Part shown: piece after piece, positions 7,515 to 15,858 of the stretch
How the letters are laid out: each line of letters opens with the position of its first letter
Position numbering within the stretch: the first letter of the stretch is position 1
DNA from: a bacterium
Lineage (GTDB): Bacteria; Sysuimicrobiota; Sysuimicrobiia; Sysuimicrobiales; Humicultoraceae
DNA: 22,884 nt
Direction of reading: 5' to 3'
Assembly (NCBI GenBank): GCA_041497675.1
Contig: JBGQGY010000052.1
Location: forward strand, 1 to 22,884
The notes under the pieces: generated by a model
Told to the model about the DNA's origin: nothing
What the model saw: only the letters and a program-made list of their open reading frames with translations
The model's database searches: none
Position numbers and translations under genes: made by a program

Positions 7515-8442
7515 CAGCGTGTCGTCCCAGTTCCTTGTAGCCCCGCTGGATCTGATCGATGAACTCTCGGTTCGCGGGCCCGCGCTGCTTCCACCGAACC
7601 AGCACGTCATCCCAGGTGATCGCCCCTTGGTCCAGCAACCAGCGTTTCTGCCGCTCATCAAACCTGGCCGGGAACGGGCACGTGATCACCCACTCGTTGC
7701 GCTCGGCGGCGTGGCGCGCCGGCACGGTGAGCCCGACCTCCTGACACAATGGTACGGCCGTCGACATCCACTGCTGCCGCAACTGATCGTTGGTGTAGCC
7801 CTTGAGGCCGTACCCGATCTGTTCTTTGTGCCGCTTCAGGGTGTCGGGCAGGCCGAACCACTCGACCGTGAGCAAGAACATCCAGTCGACCGCATGCTGT
7901 AGGTCGGCCTTCCCCTGCGGATCCTGCGACAGCGTCCGCATCCACTTCTCGCCGTGGCGCAGGTGGAAGTTCTCCTCCCGGTCGACCTTCGCCAGCGCCC
8001 GCTTCCATGGTCCGTAGGACGTGTGCCGGAAGATATCGCCGAGTAACAAGAAACCTGCGCGATCGTAAAAGGCGTTGGCGACCACCAGTTCCGTCCAGGA
8101 GTCAAGCGGGACGTCAAACGCATACGGGTGCTTGAAGTCCTTGGGGTCGCGCTCGTAGACGAGGGTGTCCGTGTCGACGCCCAGGTCGCGCAGCATCCGG
8201 TAGGCGATGTGCGCATGTCCCAGTTCGTCCTGGATGATCCCGGTGGCGGAGATGTAACTGTTGATGCTCGGGGCGTCGCGCGCCGCGCGCAGGTAGGACG
8301 GCGCGCTGATCAGCTCGGTGTCCGCCGAGACAATCAGCGTCCGCTTGAGGGCATCGATGTATGGCTGCGTGGCGTATTCGGGGCCCTCGACCAGGTCGCC
8401 CCTCGCAATCCGCGCCAGCAGAGCCTCTTCTGTGACTGCCAT
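7507..8442 (-). CDS. paaA: Aryl-CoA ring epoxidase catalytic di-iron subunit, PaaA-like
   Basis: 311 aa; full carboxylate di-iron ligand set (DTE, DELGH, YDRAG, EENFH); TSYGPW, TNDQLRQQW. AGAGGAG RBS. Confidence 0.88.
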   Translation of the reverse strand: MAVTEEALLARIARGDLVEGPEYATQPYIDALKRTLIVSADTELISAPSYLRAARDAPSINSYISATGIIQDELGHAHIAYRMLRDLGVDTDTLVYERDPKDFKHPYAFDVPLDSWTELVVANAFYDRAGFLLLGDIFRHTSYGPWKRALAKVDREENFHLRHGEKWMRTLSQDPQGKADLQHAVDWMFLLTVEWFGLPDTLKRHKEQIGYGLKGYTNDQLRQQWMSTAVPLCQEVGLTVPARHAAERNEWVITCPFPARFDERQKRWLLDQGAITWDDVLVRWKQRGPANREFIDQIQRGYKELGRHADV

Positions 8443-8509
8443 CGCCGTTTCTCCTCTCGCGACTCCCTCACTCAGAACATTGGCTTCCGTCGCCGGGAGC
8501 CCTCCAGGA

Positions 8510-9406
8510 TCACGGCCGCCGCAACCGCGCCGCCGCTTCGACCAGGCCGCCGGGCAGCACGATCACCACCAGGATGAAAAGAATCCCGAAGATCAGGAGG
8601 TGCAGTTCCACCAGCGACCGCGCCAGGACTTCTCGCACCAGGACATAGAACAGCGCGCCCACGATCGGCCCCACCAGGGTCCCGACGCCCCCGATGAACG
8701 CGATGAGCAGCGCGTCAAAGGTCCAGGTGGGCGCAAACGGCAGCTGATGATAATAGCTAACGTGGTAGAAGGCAAACAACCCGCCGGCCAGCCCGGCAAA
8801 CGTGGTGCTGACCGCCAGGGCGATGAGCTTGTGTCGCAGCGCGTCGACCCCCGTGGCCTCCGCGGCGTCTTCGTCCTCGCGCAGCGCCTGCATCCCCAGA
8901 CCTATGCGCGAATGCACCAGCAGCCAGAGCGCCGCGACGGTGATGACGGCGAGCGCGAATGCGAGATAGTACCGGGTCGTCAGCGTGTAGCCGGAGATGT
9001 AGGACTCCGGGAGGGTCGAGACCACCGGCAACACGTTGCCCACCGTGATTCTCAAGATTTCCGCCAGCCCCAGCGTGCCGATGGCGAAGTAGGCGCCGCG
9101 CAGGCGAAACGCCGGCACGCCGATGATCAGGCCGAACAGACAGGCCAGGGCGCCTCCGGCCAGCATGCCGGCGATCGGGGAGACACCGGCAATCCACAGG
9201 TGCCGCGTCACGAAGGCGCCGATGCCGAAAAACGCGGCGTGCCCCAGGTTGATCTGACCGGCGTAGCCGGCCAGCATGTTCCACGACTGCGCGAGCGTCA
9301 CATAGAGGAACACCAGCACGCCGAGGTTCAAGATGTCGGCGCGGGTGGTCACCGCCGGCAGCAGGGCCAGGGCGGCGAGCGCGCCGATCACCGCTGCGCG
9401 TCTCAT
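8510..9406 (-). CDS. livM: Branched-chain amino acid-type ABC transporter permease (LivM)
   Basis: WNMLAGYAGQINLGHAAFFGIGA, LRGAYFAIGTL, REDEDAAEATGVD, IGGVGTLVGPIVGA. Confidence 0.93.
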   Translation of the reverse strand: MRRAAVIGALAALALLPAVTTRADILNLGVLVFLYVTLAQSWNMLAGYAGQINLGHAAFFGIGAFVTRHLWIAGVSPIAGMLAGGALACLFGLIIGVPAFRLRGAYFAIGTLGLAEILRITVGNVLPVVSTLPESYISGYTLTTRYYLAFALAVITVAALWLLVHSRIGLGMQALREDEDAAEATGVDALRHKLIALAVSTTFAGLAGGLFAFYHVSYYHQLPFAPTWTFDALLIAFIGGVGTLVGPIVGALFYVLVREVLARSLVELHLLIFGILFILVVIVLPGGLVEAAARLRRP

Positions 9407-10266
9407 CGCCCGAACAGCCCTTGCGGCCGAATCATGAGGACGAGCAGGAAAAGCACTAAGGAGACGACTTCACGGTAGGCGCTGCCCAAGACCAGCGCGC
9501 TGCACGCTTCGGCGAGCCCCAGCAGCAGCCCGGCGAGGAACGTCCCCGGCATGCTGCCCAACCCGGCCAGCACCACCACGATCAGCGCCTTTATCGTCCA
9601 CTCTGGGCCGATCGAGGGGTTGATGGAATACCCGACGCTGATCAGCGTCCCCGCCACCCCGGCGAGCGCGCTGCCGAGCGCAAAGGCGATCAGGTACATC
9701 CGCCGGACGTCGATGCCAGCGAGCAGGGCGGCTTCCCAATCCTCGGCGACTGCGCGGATCGCGCGCCCCGGGTAGGAATGACGCAGAAACAGGTGCGCGG
9801 CGACGATGACCACCACCGCAACCCCCAGCGCGCCCAGCCGAACCCAGGGGAAGACCAGGCCGCGCACTATCAGCACGGCGCCCGAGTAGGCCGTAGGGAT
9901 CGAGCGCTCATCGGCGGTCCACAGACGAACCGCCAGGTTGTGAAACGCCAATGCGAGGCCGAACCCGAGCAGCAGCGAGTTCTTGATCCGGGGTTCTTCG
10001 TCGAGTGTCTCGACGTGCGTAAAGATGCCCTGATGGACGCCCAATCCGATCACAAACATCAGCGGCGCGGTGATCACCAGCGACAGAAACGGATCCACGC
10101 CAAAACTGGCGAAGAGCCAGAAGGACGCATACCCGCCGATCATGATCAGCTCGCCGTGCGCCACGTTGAGCACGCGCAACACGCCAAACACCAGCGACAG
10201 CCCGGCCGCGGCCAGACCGTACAGCGCGCCGGTGAGCAGGCCAAAAATCAGGTTCTGCGCCACCAT
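9403..10266 (-). CDS. livH: Branched-chain amino acid-type ABC transporter permease (LivH)
   Basis: Start MVAQNLIFG at 10266; GLSLVFGVLRVLNVAHGE, GRAIRAVAED, LAGLGS, RPQGLFG. Confidence 0.93.
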   Translation of the reverse strand: MVAQNLIFGLLTGALYGLAAAGLSLVFGVLRVLNVAHGELIMIGGYASFWLFASFGVDPFLSLVITAPLMFVIGLGVHQGIFTHVETLDEEPRIKNSLLLGFGLALAFHNLAVRLWTADERSIPTAYSGAVLIVRGLVFPWVRLGALGVAVVVIVAAHLFLRHSYPGRAIRAVAEDWEAALLAGIDVRRMYLIAFALGSALAGVAGTLISVGYSINPSIGPEWTIKALIVVVLAGLGSMPGTFLAGLLLGLAEACSALVLGSAYREVVSLVLFLLVLMIRPQGLFGR

Positions 10267-10273
10267 CAGGGAC

Positions 10274-10990
10274 TCACCGCGCCGAAAAGTAGTCGAGAAA
10301 CGCGCTCTGCACCCGCGCATCGCGGAGCAGTTCTTGACTGGTCCCGGCACCGGTGATGCGCCCGCCTTCCAACAGATAGGCGCGTTGCGCCAGGTCGAGG
10401 GCCGACCGGACGTTCTGCTCCACGAGCAGGACGGTGACGCCCTCGGCATTGATCTGTCTGATCACGGCAAAGATGCGGCGCGCCGCGAGCGGCGCGAGTC
10501 CCAGCGACGGCTCGTCGAGCAGCAGGATCGTGGGGCGTCCCATCAGCGCCCGCCCGATGGCCAGCATCTGCTGCTCACCGCCCGACAGTGTGCCCGCCAC
10601 CTGGTGGCGCCGCTCGGCGAGCACCGGAAACATGTCGAAGATCCGTTGCTGCGTCTGCTCTCGCTCGGCGCGGGCGCGCGGCGTGAAGGCGCCGAGCAGC
10701 AGATTCTCGAGCACGCTCATACCCGAGAAGAGGCGGCGGCCCTCGGGCACCAGCGCGATGCCGTGTTCGACGATCCGGTGGGCCGGCTCGCGGTGCAACG
10801 GCCGGCCGTCGAACGTCACCGTCCCCGACGCGGGACGGCGCAACCCCGCGATCGTCCGTAAGAGCGTGCTCTTGCCGGCGCCGTTTGGGCCGAGCAGCGC
10901 GACGACCTCACGGGGCTCGACGCGGACGGATACCTGCCACAGCACCTGCAGGTCACCGTAGAACACGTCGATCCCGGCGACGTCAAGCAT
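10274..10990 (-). CDS. livF: ABC transporter ATP-binding protein (LivF)
   Basis: Walker A GPNGAGKS, VPEGRRLF, LSGGEQQMLAIGRALM, LLLDEPSLGLAP, LVEQN. Confidence 0.95.
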   Translation of the reverse strand: MLDVAGIDVFYGDLQVLWQVSVRVEPREVVALLGPNGAGKSTLLRTIAGLRRPASGTVTFDGRPLHREPAHRIVEHGIALVPEGRRLFSGMSVLENLLLGAFTPRARAEREQTQQRIFDMFPVLAERRHQVAGTLSGGEQQMLAIGRALMGRPTILLLDEPSLGLAPLAARRIFAVIRQINAEGVTVLLVEQNVRSALDLAQRAYLLEGGRITGAGTSQELLRDARVQSAFLDYFSAR

Positions 10991-11711
10991 CGTCGCCGGT
11001 CCCCAGATACGCCTCGATCACGCGTGGATCGCGCGAGATGACCCCGGGCGGCCCCTGAGCGATCGACTGTCCGGCGTTGAGCACCAGGATGCGGTCGGAG
11101 AGTCCCAACACGGCCTTGACCAGGTGCTCGATCATAATGATGGTGCACCCGGCGTCACGGATGCCGCGGATCATGACCATCGCGGCCTCGACTTCCTGCG
11201 GTGTGAGACCGGCCATGAACTCATCGAGCAACAACAGCCGCGGCCGCGTGGCCAGCGCCCGGGCCAGCTCCACCCGCTTGCGCTCGACGAGTGTCAGTTG
11301 CCTGGCCGGGACGCGGTCCTTCCCGCGCAATCCCACGGCGGCCAGGATCTCCCCGGCTTCGGCCTCGGCCGACCTCCGCGTGGCGCTGCGCTCGCGGCCG
11401 TACAACCGGCCGACCATCGCGTTCTCCAGCGCCGTCAGGTGCGCGAATGGCCTGACCAATTGAAATGTTCTCGCGATCCCCCTGACGCAAATGGCGTGAG
11501 GCCGGAGGCGCGTGATCTCTTTGCCGTCCAGATGGATGTGACCGGCGTCCGGGGTGATGAATCCGGTGATGAGGTTGAAGGCCGTGGTCTTCCCCGACCC
11601 GTTGGGTCCGATCAGGCCGAGAATCTCGCCCTGCTCTACCGTAAAGCTCAGGTCTTTGACCGCCGCCAGGCCGCCAAAGCGCCTGGTCAGCCCTTCGACC
11701 TCGAGAATCAT
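10983..11711 (-). CDS. livG: ABC transporter ATP-binding protein (LivG)
   Basis: FGGLAAV, GPNGSGKTT, GIARTFQ, LLLDE, IEH, DPRVIEAYLG. Confidence 0.95.
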   Translation of the reverse strand: MILEVEGLTRRFGGLAAVKDLSFTVEQGEILGLIGPNGSGKTTAFNLITGFITPDAGHIHLDGKEITRLRPHAICVRGIARTFQLVRPFAHLTALENAMVGRLYGRERSATRRSAEAEAGEILAAVGLRGKDRVPARQLTLVERKRVELARALATRPRLLLLDEFMAGLTPQEVEAAMVMIRGIRDAGCTIIMIEHLVKAVLGLSDRILVLNAGQSIAQGPPGVISRDPRVIEAYLGTGDDA

Positions 11712-12088
11712 TTGTACCGGCCCAGTTTCTCCAGGGCGGAGAGCACGAACCGATCGTCCACCACCAGGCTCAGGTTCACTTTTCGGGGGACGAACCCGTT
11801 CTTCTCGTACCAGTCCTGGTCGAAGCGCAGGCTTTGGCGATTGACGGCGCCGTTGGGATCGAGCCAGGGCATGATCATCTTGTTCGCCATCGCCGCCGGC
11901 ATGTCGGGGAACGCCATGGTCACGACTTCGACGTCGTCCAGCGTGAGGTTGCCGCGGGCGGCCAGCGCGATCTTCAACCCTTTGAGATCGGCCCGGGTCT
12001 TGAACCGGCCGCTGTCCACCAGGTCGCGGCGGATGACCAGCCCCTCATAACTGTAGCCGGTTCGAATCGGATCTTGTCCAATGGCCAT
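11708..12088 (-). pseudogene. Internally deleted NitT/TauT (NMT1/SsuA-like) ABC substrate-binding protein remnant, 126 aa open frame
   Basis: GYSYEGLVIRRDLVDSGRFKTRADLKGLKIA, LTLDDVEVVTMAFPDMPAAMANK and PWLDPNGAVNRQSLRFDQDWY...VVDDRFV..ALEKLGRYK are non-contiguous blocks of a roughly 330-aa SBP family. No signal peptide. GAGG RBS; stop overlaps livG ATG. Confidence 0.7.
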
Positions 12089-12114
12089 CCCGCCTCGGAG
12101 CGGCCGCCGTGCGG

Positions 12115-13329
12115 CTAGCGCTGTTCCCACGCCGGCGCCGGAAACTGGAACGGCGCGGTCGCGAACTCTTTGGGCCAGACCAGCTCCTGCTTGCCTCGTT
12201 GCCACTGGAGGAACACGACCGTGACCACGCCGGTGCCATCTGCCCGGAAGCGTACCTGGCCTTCCACAGTCATCATGTTGGTCGCGGCCATCGCGTCGCG
12301 GATCTTCGCGCGGTCCAGCGTACCGGCGCGCGCGATCGCGTCGGCCAGGATCTGGACGGCGGCGTACGAGGGCCCGGTGAGCACATCACCGGGGCGTCCA
12401 AACGCACGCTGGTGCTTGTCATTCAGTTCTTTCACGCCGGGGAACCGCATGGCGTTGTGCCAGCCGGGCGCCAGCATGACGTAGTCGCCGTCCTTGCCCA
12501 GGTTCTGGCTCCACACCACGGCGTCGGCCGCGCGGATGAGCATGTACATCTTGGCGTTGAACGCCAACTGCTTCATCTGGCGGACTAGGTTCAACCCGTC
12601 CGGCGGCGTGGGGACACCGAACACGGCCTCGGCACCGGCGGCTTTGGCGCGCAGGATGTTGTCCGAGAAGTCGCGCGCGCCGATCGCGTACTCTTCAATG
12701 GCGACGGCGCTATAGCCGAACTCCTTCGCGCGCGTCGCCCACAGCCCGCCAATTTCCTCGCCCCAGTCGGTCCGTTCCTTGAAGATGGCGATCCGCTTCG
12801 GCCGCTGCGCATCGGGGAGCGTCCCGTTCAAGAATAGGTAGGTTTCCTTGACAAGGTCGGGGGATTTCGGGAATGGGCTGAATAGATATTTGAAGCCCTG
12901 CTGGTGGATCTTGTGTAGGGCGAACGCCACGCCGAGGTAGGGGACCTTGTTCTTCTCGGCGATTGACGCGGCCGCGGCGTGCAGGTCGCTGCCAAACCCA
13001 CCCAGATAGGCTGTGACCCGATCGCTCGCGAACAGCGTCTCGAGCCTGGCCACGGTCTTAATGGGGTCGGACTCGTCATCCAGCAGGACCAGTGCCAGCG
13101 GCAGCTTCTTATTGAACTCCGGCACCATCACGCCGCCGGCGCGGTTGATGTCCTCGATCGCAAACTCGTAGCCGGCCTTCACCTGCGCGCCGCCCGCCGC
13201 GTAGCGTCCGGTCAGGGGCACCACTGCGCCCACCTTGATGCTCAAGGGCGCCTGCGCCACGCTCGGACTCGCGCCCAGTGTCATCCATGCCAGCACGGCG
13301 ACGATCACCAGCGCGATCACTGTCTTCAT
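12115..13329 (-). CDS. LivK-type (PBP1) ABC substrate-binding protein, probably for an aromatic acid
   Basis: Signal peptide MKTVIALVIVAVLAWMTLGASPSVAQA; IKVGAVVPLTGRYA, INRAGG, DDESDP, QWQRGKQELVWP. Confidence 0.9.
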   Translation of the reverse strand: MKTVIALVIVAVLAWMTLGASPSVAQAPLSIKVGAVVPLTGRYAAGGAQVKAGYEFAIEDINRAGGVMVPEFNKKLPLALVLLDDESDPIKTVARLETLFASDRVTAYLGGFGSDLHAAAASIAEKNKVPYLGVAFALHKIHQQGFKYLFSPFPKSPDLVKETYLFLNGTLPDAQRPKRIAIFKERTDWGEEIGGLWATRAKEFGYSAVAIEEYAIGARDFSDNILRAKAAGAEAVFGVPTPPDGLNLVRQMKQLAFNAKMYMLIRAADAVVWSQNLGKDGDYVMLAPGWHNAMRFPGVKELNDKHQRAFGRPGDVLTGPSYAAVQILADAIARAGTLDRAKIRDAMAATNMMTVEGQVRFRADGTGVVTVVFLQWQRGKQELVWPKEFATAPFQFPAPAWEQR

Positions 13330-13341
13330 CTGGTTTCCCCC

Positions 13342-13488
13342 CTAGTCGATCCTGGACTCGTCGCGATACATCACGCGTGCGCGTTCGTTTCTGATCCACT
13401 CATCGATCTGTTCGTCGGTCGGCCCATTGGCCGGAGTGAACCGGCTGACCCACCACACGCTGTAGCCGAGCGCCGCCGCGGGTGGCAT
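13342..13488 (-). CDS. Small hypothetical protein (48 aa)
   Basis: Manual translation MPPAAALGYSVWWVSRFTPANGPTDEQIDEWIRNERARVMYRDESRID*. ATG overlaps the ligase TGA and TAG abuts the livK RBS. Below the ORF-track size cutoff. Confidence 0.5.
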   Translation of the reverse strand: MPPAAALGYSVWWVSRFTPANGPTDEQIDEWIRNERARVMYRDESRID

Positions 13489-14831
13489 CACTGCGTCCCC
13501 TCCGCGTGCACCACGCGCCTGGCCTTCAATTCGAAACGCGGCAGCGTGCCGGCCGCGACCGCGGCCGTCTCGACCCGTAGTCCGACCGTATGGCGGACAT
13601 CGTCGCTGACCGCCGCCACCGTCCGGTCGCGCATCTCGCGGCCGTGCGTCGCCTCGTCGATTTCCAGCACGATCCGGATCTCGTGCATCTCGTGCCGCCT
13701 GGTCACCTCGATGCGGAACTCATCCACGGTCGGGTGGCGCCGCACGACGTCTTCGATGACGCTCGGAAACACGTTGACCCCGCGCACGATGAGCATGTCG
13801 TCGGCTCGGCCGAGGATACCGCCTTCGGCGCGCACGAACGTGCGGCCGCAGGCGCACGGCGAGGGGTTGAGACGCACCAGGTCGCCGGTCCGGTAGCGGA
13901 TCGCGGGTGACCCCCAGCGTCCCAGGTTCGTGACAACGAGCTCACCTTGCCCATCCCGAGCGGGCCTGCCGGTGGCGGGATCGATGACGTCGATGATAAA
14001 CTCGCTCTCGTTGAAGTGCAGACCGCCCGGCTGCACGATACACTCGAACCCCAGGGCGCCCACCTCGGTCATCCCACAGTGGTCGAAGCACTTCGCGCCC
14101 CAGGATTCCTCGATGCGGCGCTTCGTCCCTGGGATGTTTGCGCCCGGTTCTCCCGCGTGGATCGTGACCCGGATCGACGTAGTCGCAGGATCGATCCCCT
14201 GCTCTCTCGCGACCTGCGCCAAGCGCAGCGCGTAGGATGGCGTGCAGACCAGCACGGTGGTGCTGGCTTCGATGAGGGTTCGGAGCCGCAGGACCGAATC
14301 CTGGCCCCCGCCGGGGACGGTGAGTGCGCCAAGCCGCGTGGCGGCGTCGAATCCCGCCCAGAAGCCAATAAACGGGCCAAACGAGAAGGGAAAGAGGATC
14401 CGGTCTTCGGGGACGACCCCCGCCGCCCGGTACACGAACTCCCAACAGCGGGTCCACCAGTCCCATGAGTCGGGCGTATCCAACCAGCGCAGCGGCCGGC
14501 CGGTGGTCCCGGAGGTCATGTGATAACGATTATAACGTTCGACAGGATAGGTCAGGATGGTGCCAAACGGCGGGTGGGCCTGCTGATCGTCGACCAATTC
14601 CTGTTTCGTCGTCAAGGGGAGCCGGCGAAAGTCGTCCAGCGTTCGAATGGACGTCACGTCGCCGGCTCCGGCGGCCGCCCACTTACGCCGGTAGAAGACG
14701 TTATGCGCAGCGACTTCCGCCAACACGGCCCGGAGGCGCTCGACCTGCAGCCCGTCAAGCGCCGCGCGGTCGACCGTCTCCAGTTCGCGGTCAAAGAACG
14801 GGACCTCGGGGGGCGCGGCGCGGGCGCTCAT
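13488..14831 (-). CDS. paaK: Phenylacetate-CoA ligase (PaaK) family aryl-CoA ligase
   Basis: TSGTTGRP, CTPSYAL, AGEPG, GMTE, RYRTGD, GRADDMLIVRGVNVFPS, LPRFELKARR. Start 14831 (GAGG upstream) preferred over 14873. Confidence 0.88.
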   Translation of the reverse strand: MSARAAPPEVPFFDRELETVDRAALDGLQVERLRAVLAEVAAHNVFYRRKWAAAGAGDVTSIRTLDDFRRLPLTTKQELVDDQQAHPPFGTILTYPVERYNRYHMTSGTTGRPLRWLDTPDSWDWWTRCWEFVYRAAGVVPEDRILFPFSFGPFIGFWAGFDAATRLGALTVPGGGQDSVLRLRTLIEASTTVLVCTPSYALRLAQVAREQGIDPATTSIRVTIHAGEPGANIPGTKRRIEESWGAKCFDHCGMTEVGALGFECIVQPGGLHFNESEFIIDVIDPATGRPARDGQGELVVTNLGRWGSPAIRYRTGDLVRLNPSPCACGRTFVRAEGGILGRADDMLIVRGVNVFPSVIEDVVRRHPTVDEFRIEVTRRHEMHEIRIVLEIDEATHGREMRDRTVAAVSDDVRHTVGLRVETAAVAAGTLPRFELKARRVVHAEGTQ

Positions 14832-14844
14832 CCGGCGGATATCC

Positions 14845-15858
14845 TCATATGTGGGACGGAGGTTCTTCCGCATGGATGCCGGCGAGTTCCTTCAATGCCC
14901 GGCCGACGTACACGCGGACCATCTGTTTGCGGTAGCGCAGCGTGAGGTCGGTATTGTCGAGGGGTTTGGCCGGCTTGAAGGCCGCGTCGGCGGCCGCGTC
15001 GATCACCCCGGCGTCGAGCCTCTGCCCAATCAGCGCCTGCTCCGCGGCGCGCGCCCGCAGCGGCATCGACGCGACGGCGCCCAGGATCAGCCGCGCGTCG
15101 GCCACTGTTCCGCCGGCGTCGAGCCGCACCGCCGCGGCCACGCCGAGAATCGGAAAGTCGATGCTGCCGCGGCGCCGAAGTTTCCAGTATGTCGCCCGCC
15201 ACCCGTCGGCCGGCGGCACCTGGATGTCCACCAGGATCTCGTCGGGTCGTTTGCCGAGATAGGCGATCCCGTCATCCCGATATAGCTCGGCCGCGGTGAT
15301 GACGCGCTCGCCGGCCGCGCTCACCAAACGCACCTTCGCGTCGAGAGCGATGACGACCGGCGCCAGGTCCGAGGACGAGATGGCCCAGCACTTCGAGCCG
15401 CCCGGCGCCACCCAGCACACGTCGCCGTCCTTCTTCATGCAGAAGCTGATCGACTTCCGCCACCAGTACGGCATGTTGTAATAGTTGCAGCGCGTGTCGA
15501 CCAGCAGGTTGCCGCCGACCGTGCCCATGTGGCGGATCTGGGGATTTGAGATCAACTCCGCGGCGCGTCCGAGCACCGGGTACCACGCGGCCGCCAATGG
15601 GTGCGCGGTCAGGTGCCGCAGCACCGTCCCCGCACCGATCGTCAACCCGTCGCGCTCGTTGCCCCGGACACCCTGCAGTTCGCGCAACCCGCGCAGCCCC
15701 ACCAACACCTTTGGCTCGAACTGCCGGCGCTTCATGTTGGGGTAGAGGTCGGTCCCACCGGCGACGGCCATCGCACTGGGGCCGTGATCCGCCAGCATCC
15801 GCGCGGCCTCGTCGAGCGCGCGAGGCGCCAGATACGTGAACGCCGGCAAACGCATCAT
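14845..15858 (-). CDS. hcrB: 4-hydroxybenzoyl-CoA reductase beta-type FAD subunit with [4Fe-4S] insertion
   Basis: AGGTDL, QIRHMGTVGGNL, four-Cys insertion DTRCNYYN..WWR...FCMKKDGDVCWVAPGGSKC, KLRRRGSIDFP. Confidence 0.85.
   Translation of the reverse strand: MMRLPAFTYLAPRALDEAARMLADHGPSAMAVAGGTDLYPNMKRRQFEPKVLVGLRGLRELQGVRGNERDGLTIGAGTVLRHLTAHPLAAAWYPVLGRAAELISNPQIRHMGTVGGNLLVDTRCNYYNMPYWWRKSISFCMKKDGDVCWVAPGGSKCWAISSSDLAPVVIALDAKVRLVSAAGERVITAAELYRDDGIAYLGKRPDEILVDIQVPPADGWRATYWKLRRRGSIDFPILGVAAAVRLDAGGTVADARLILGAVASMPLRARAAEQALIGQRLDAGVIDAAADAAFKPAKPLDNTDLTLRYRKQMVRVYVGRALKELAGIHAEEPPSHI

Noticed and set aside
6020..14831. Calling the cluster a standard phenylacetate (paa) operon
   Set aside because: No paaE, paaG, paaZ, thiolase or paaX in the window; PaaA is divergent; hcr-like genes and benE point to benzoate-type substrates.
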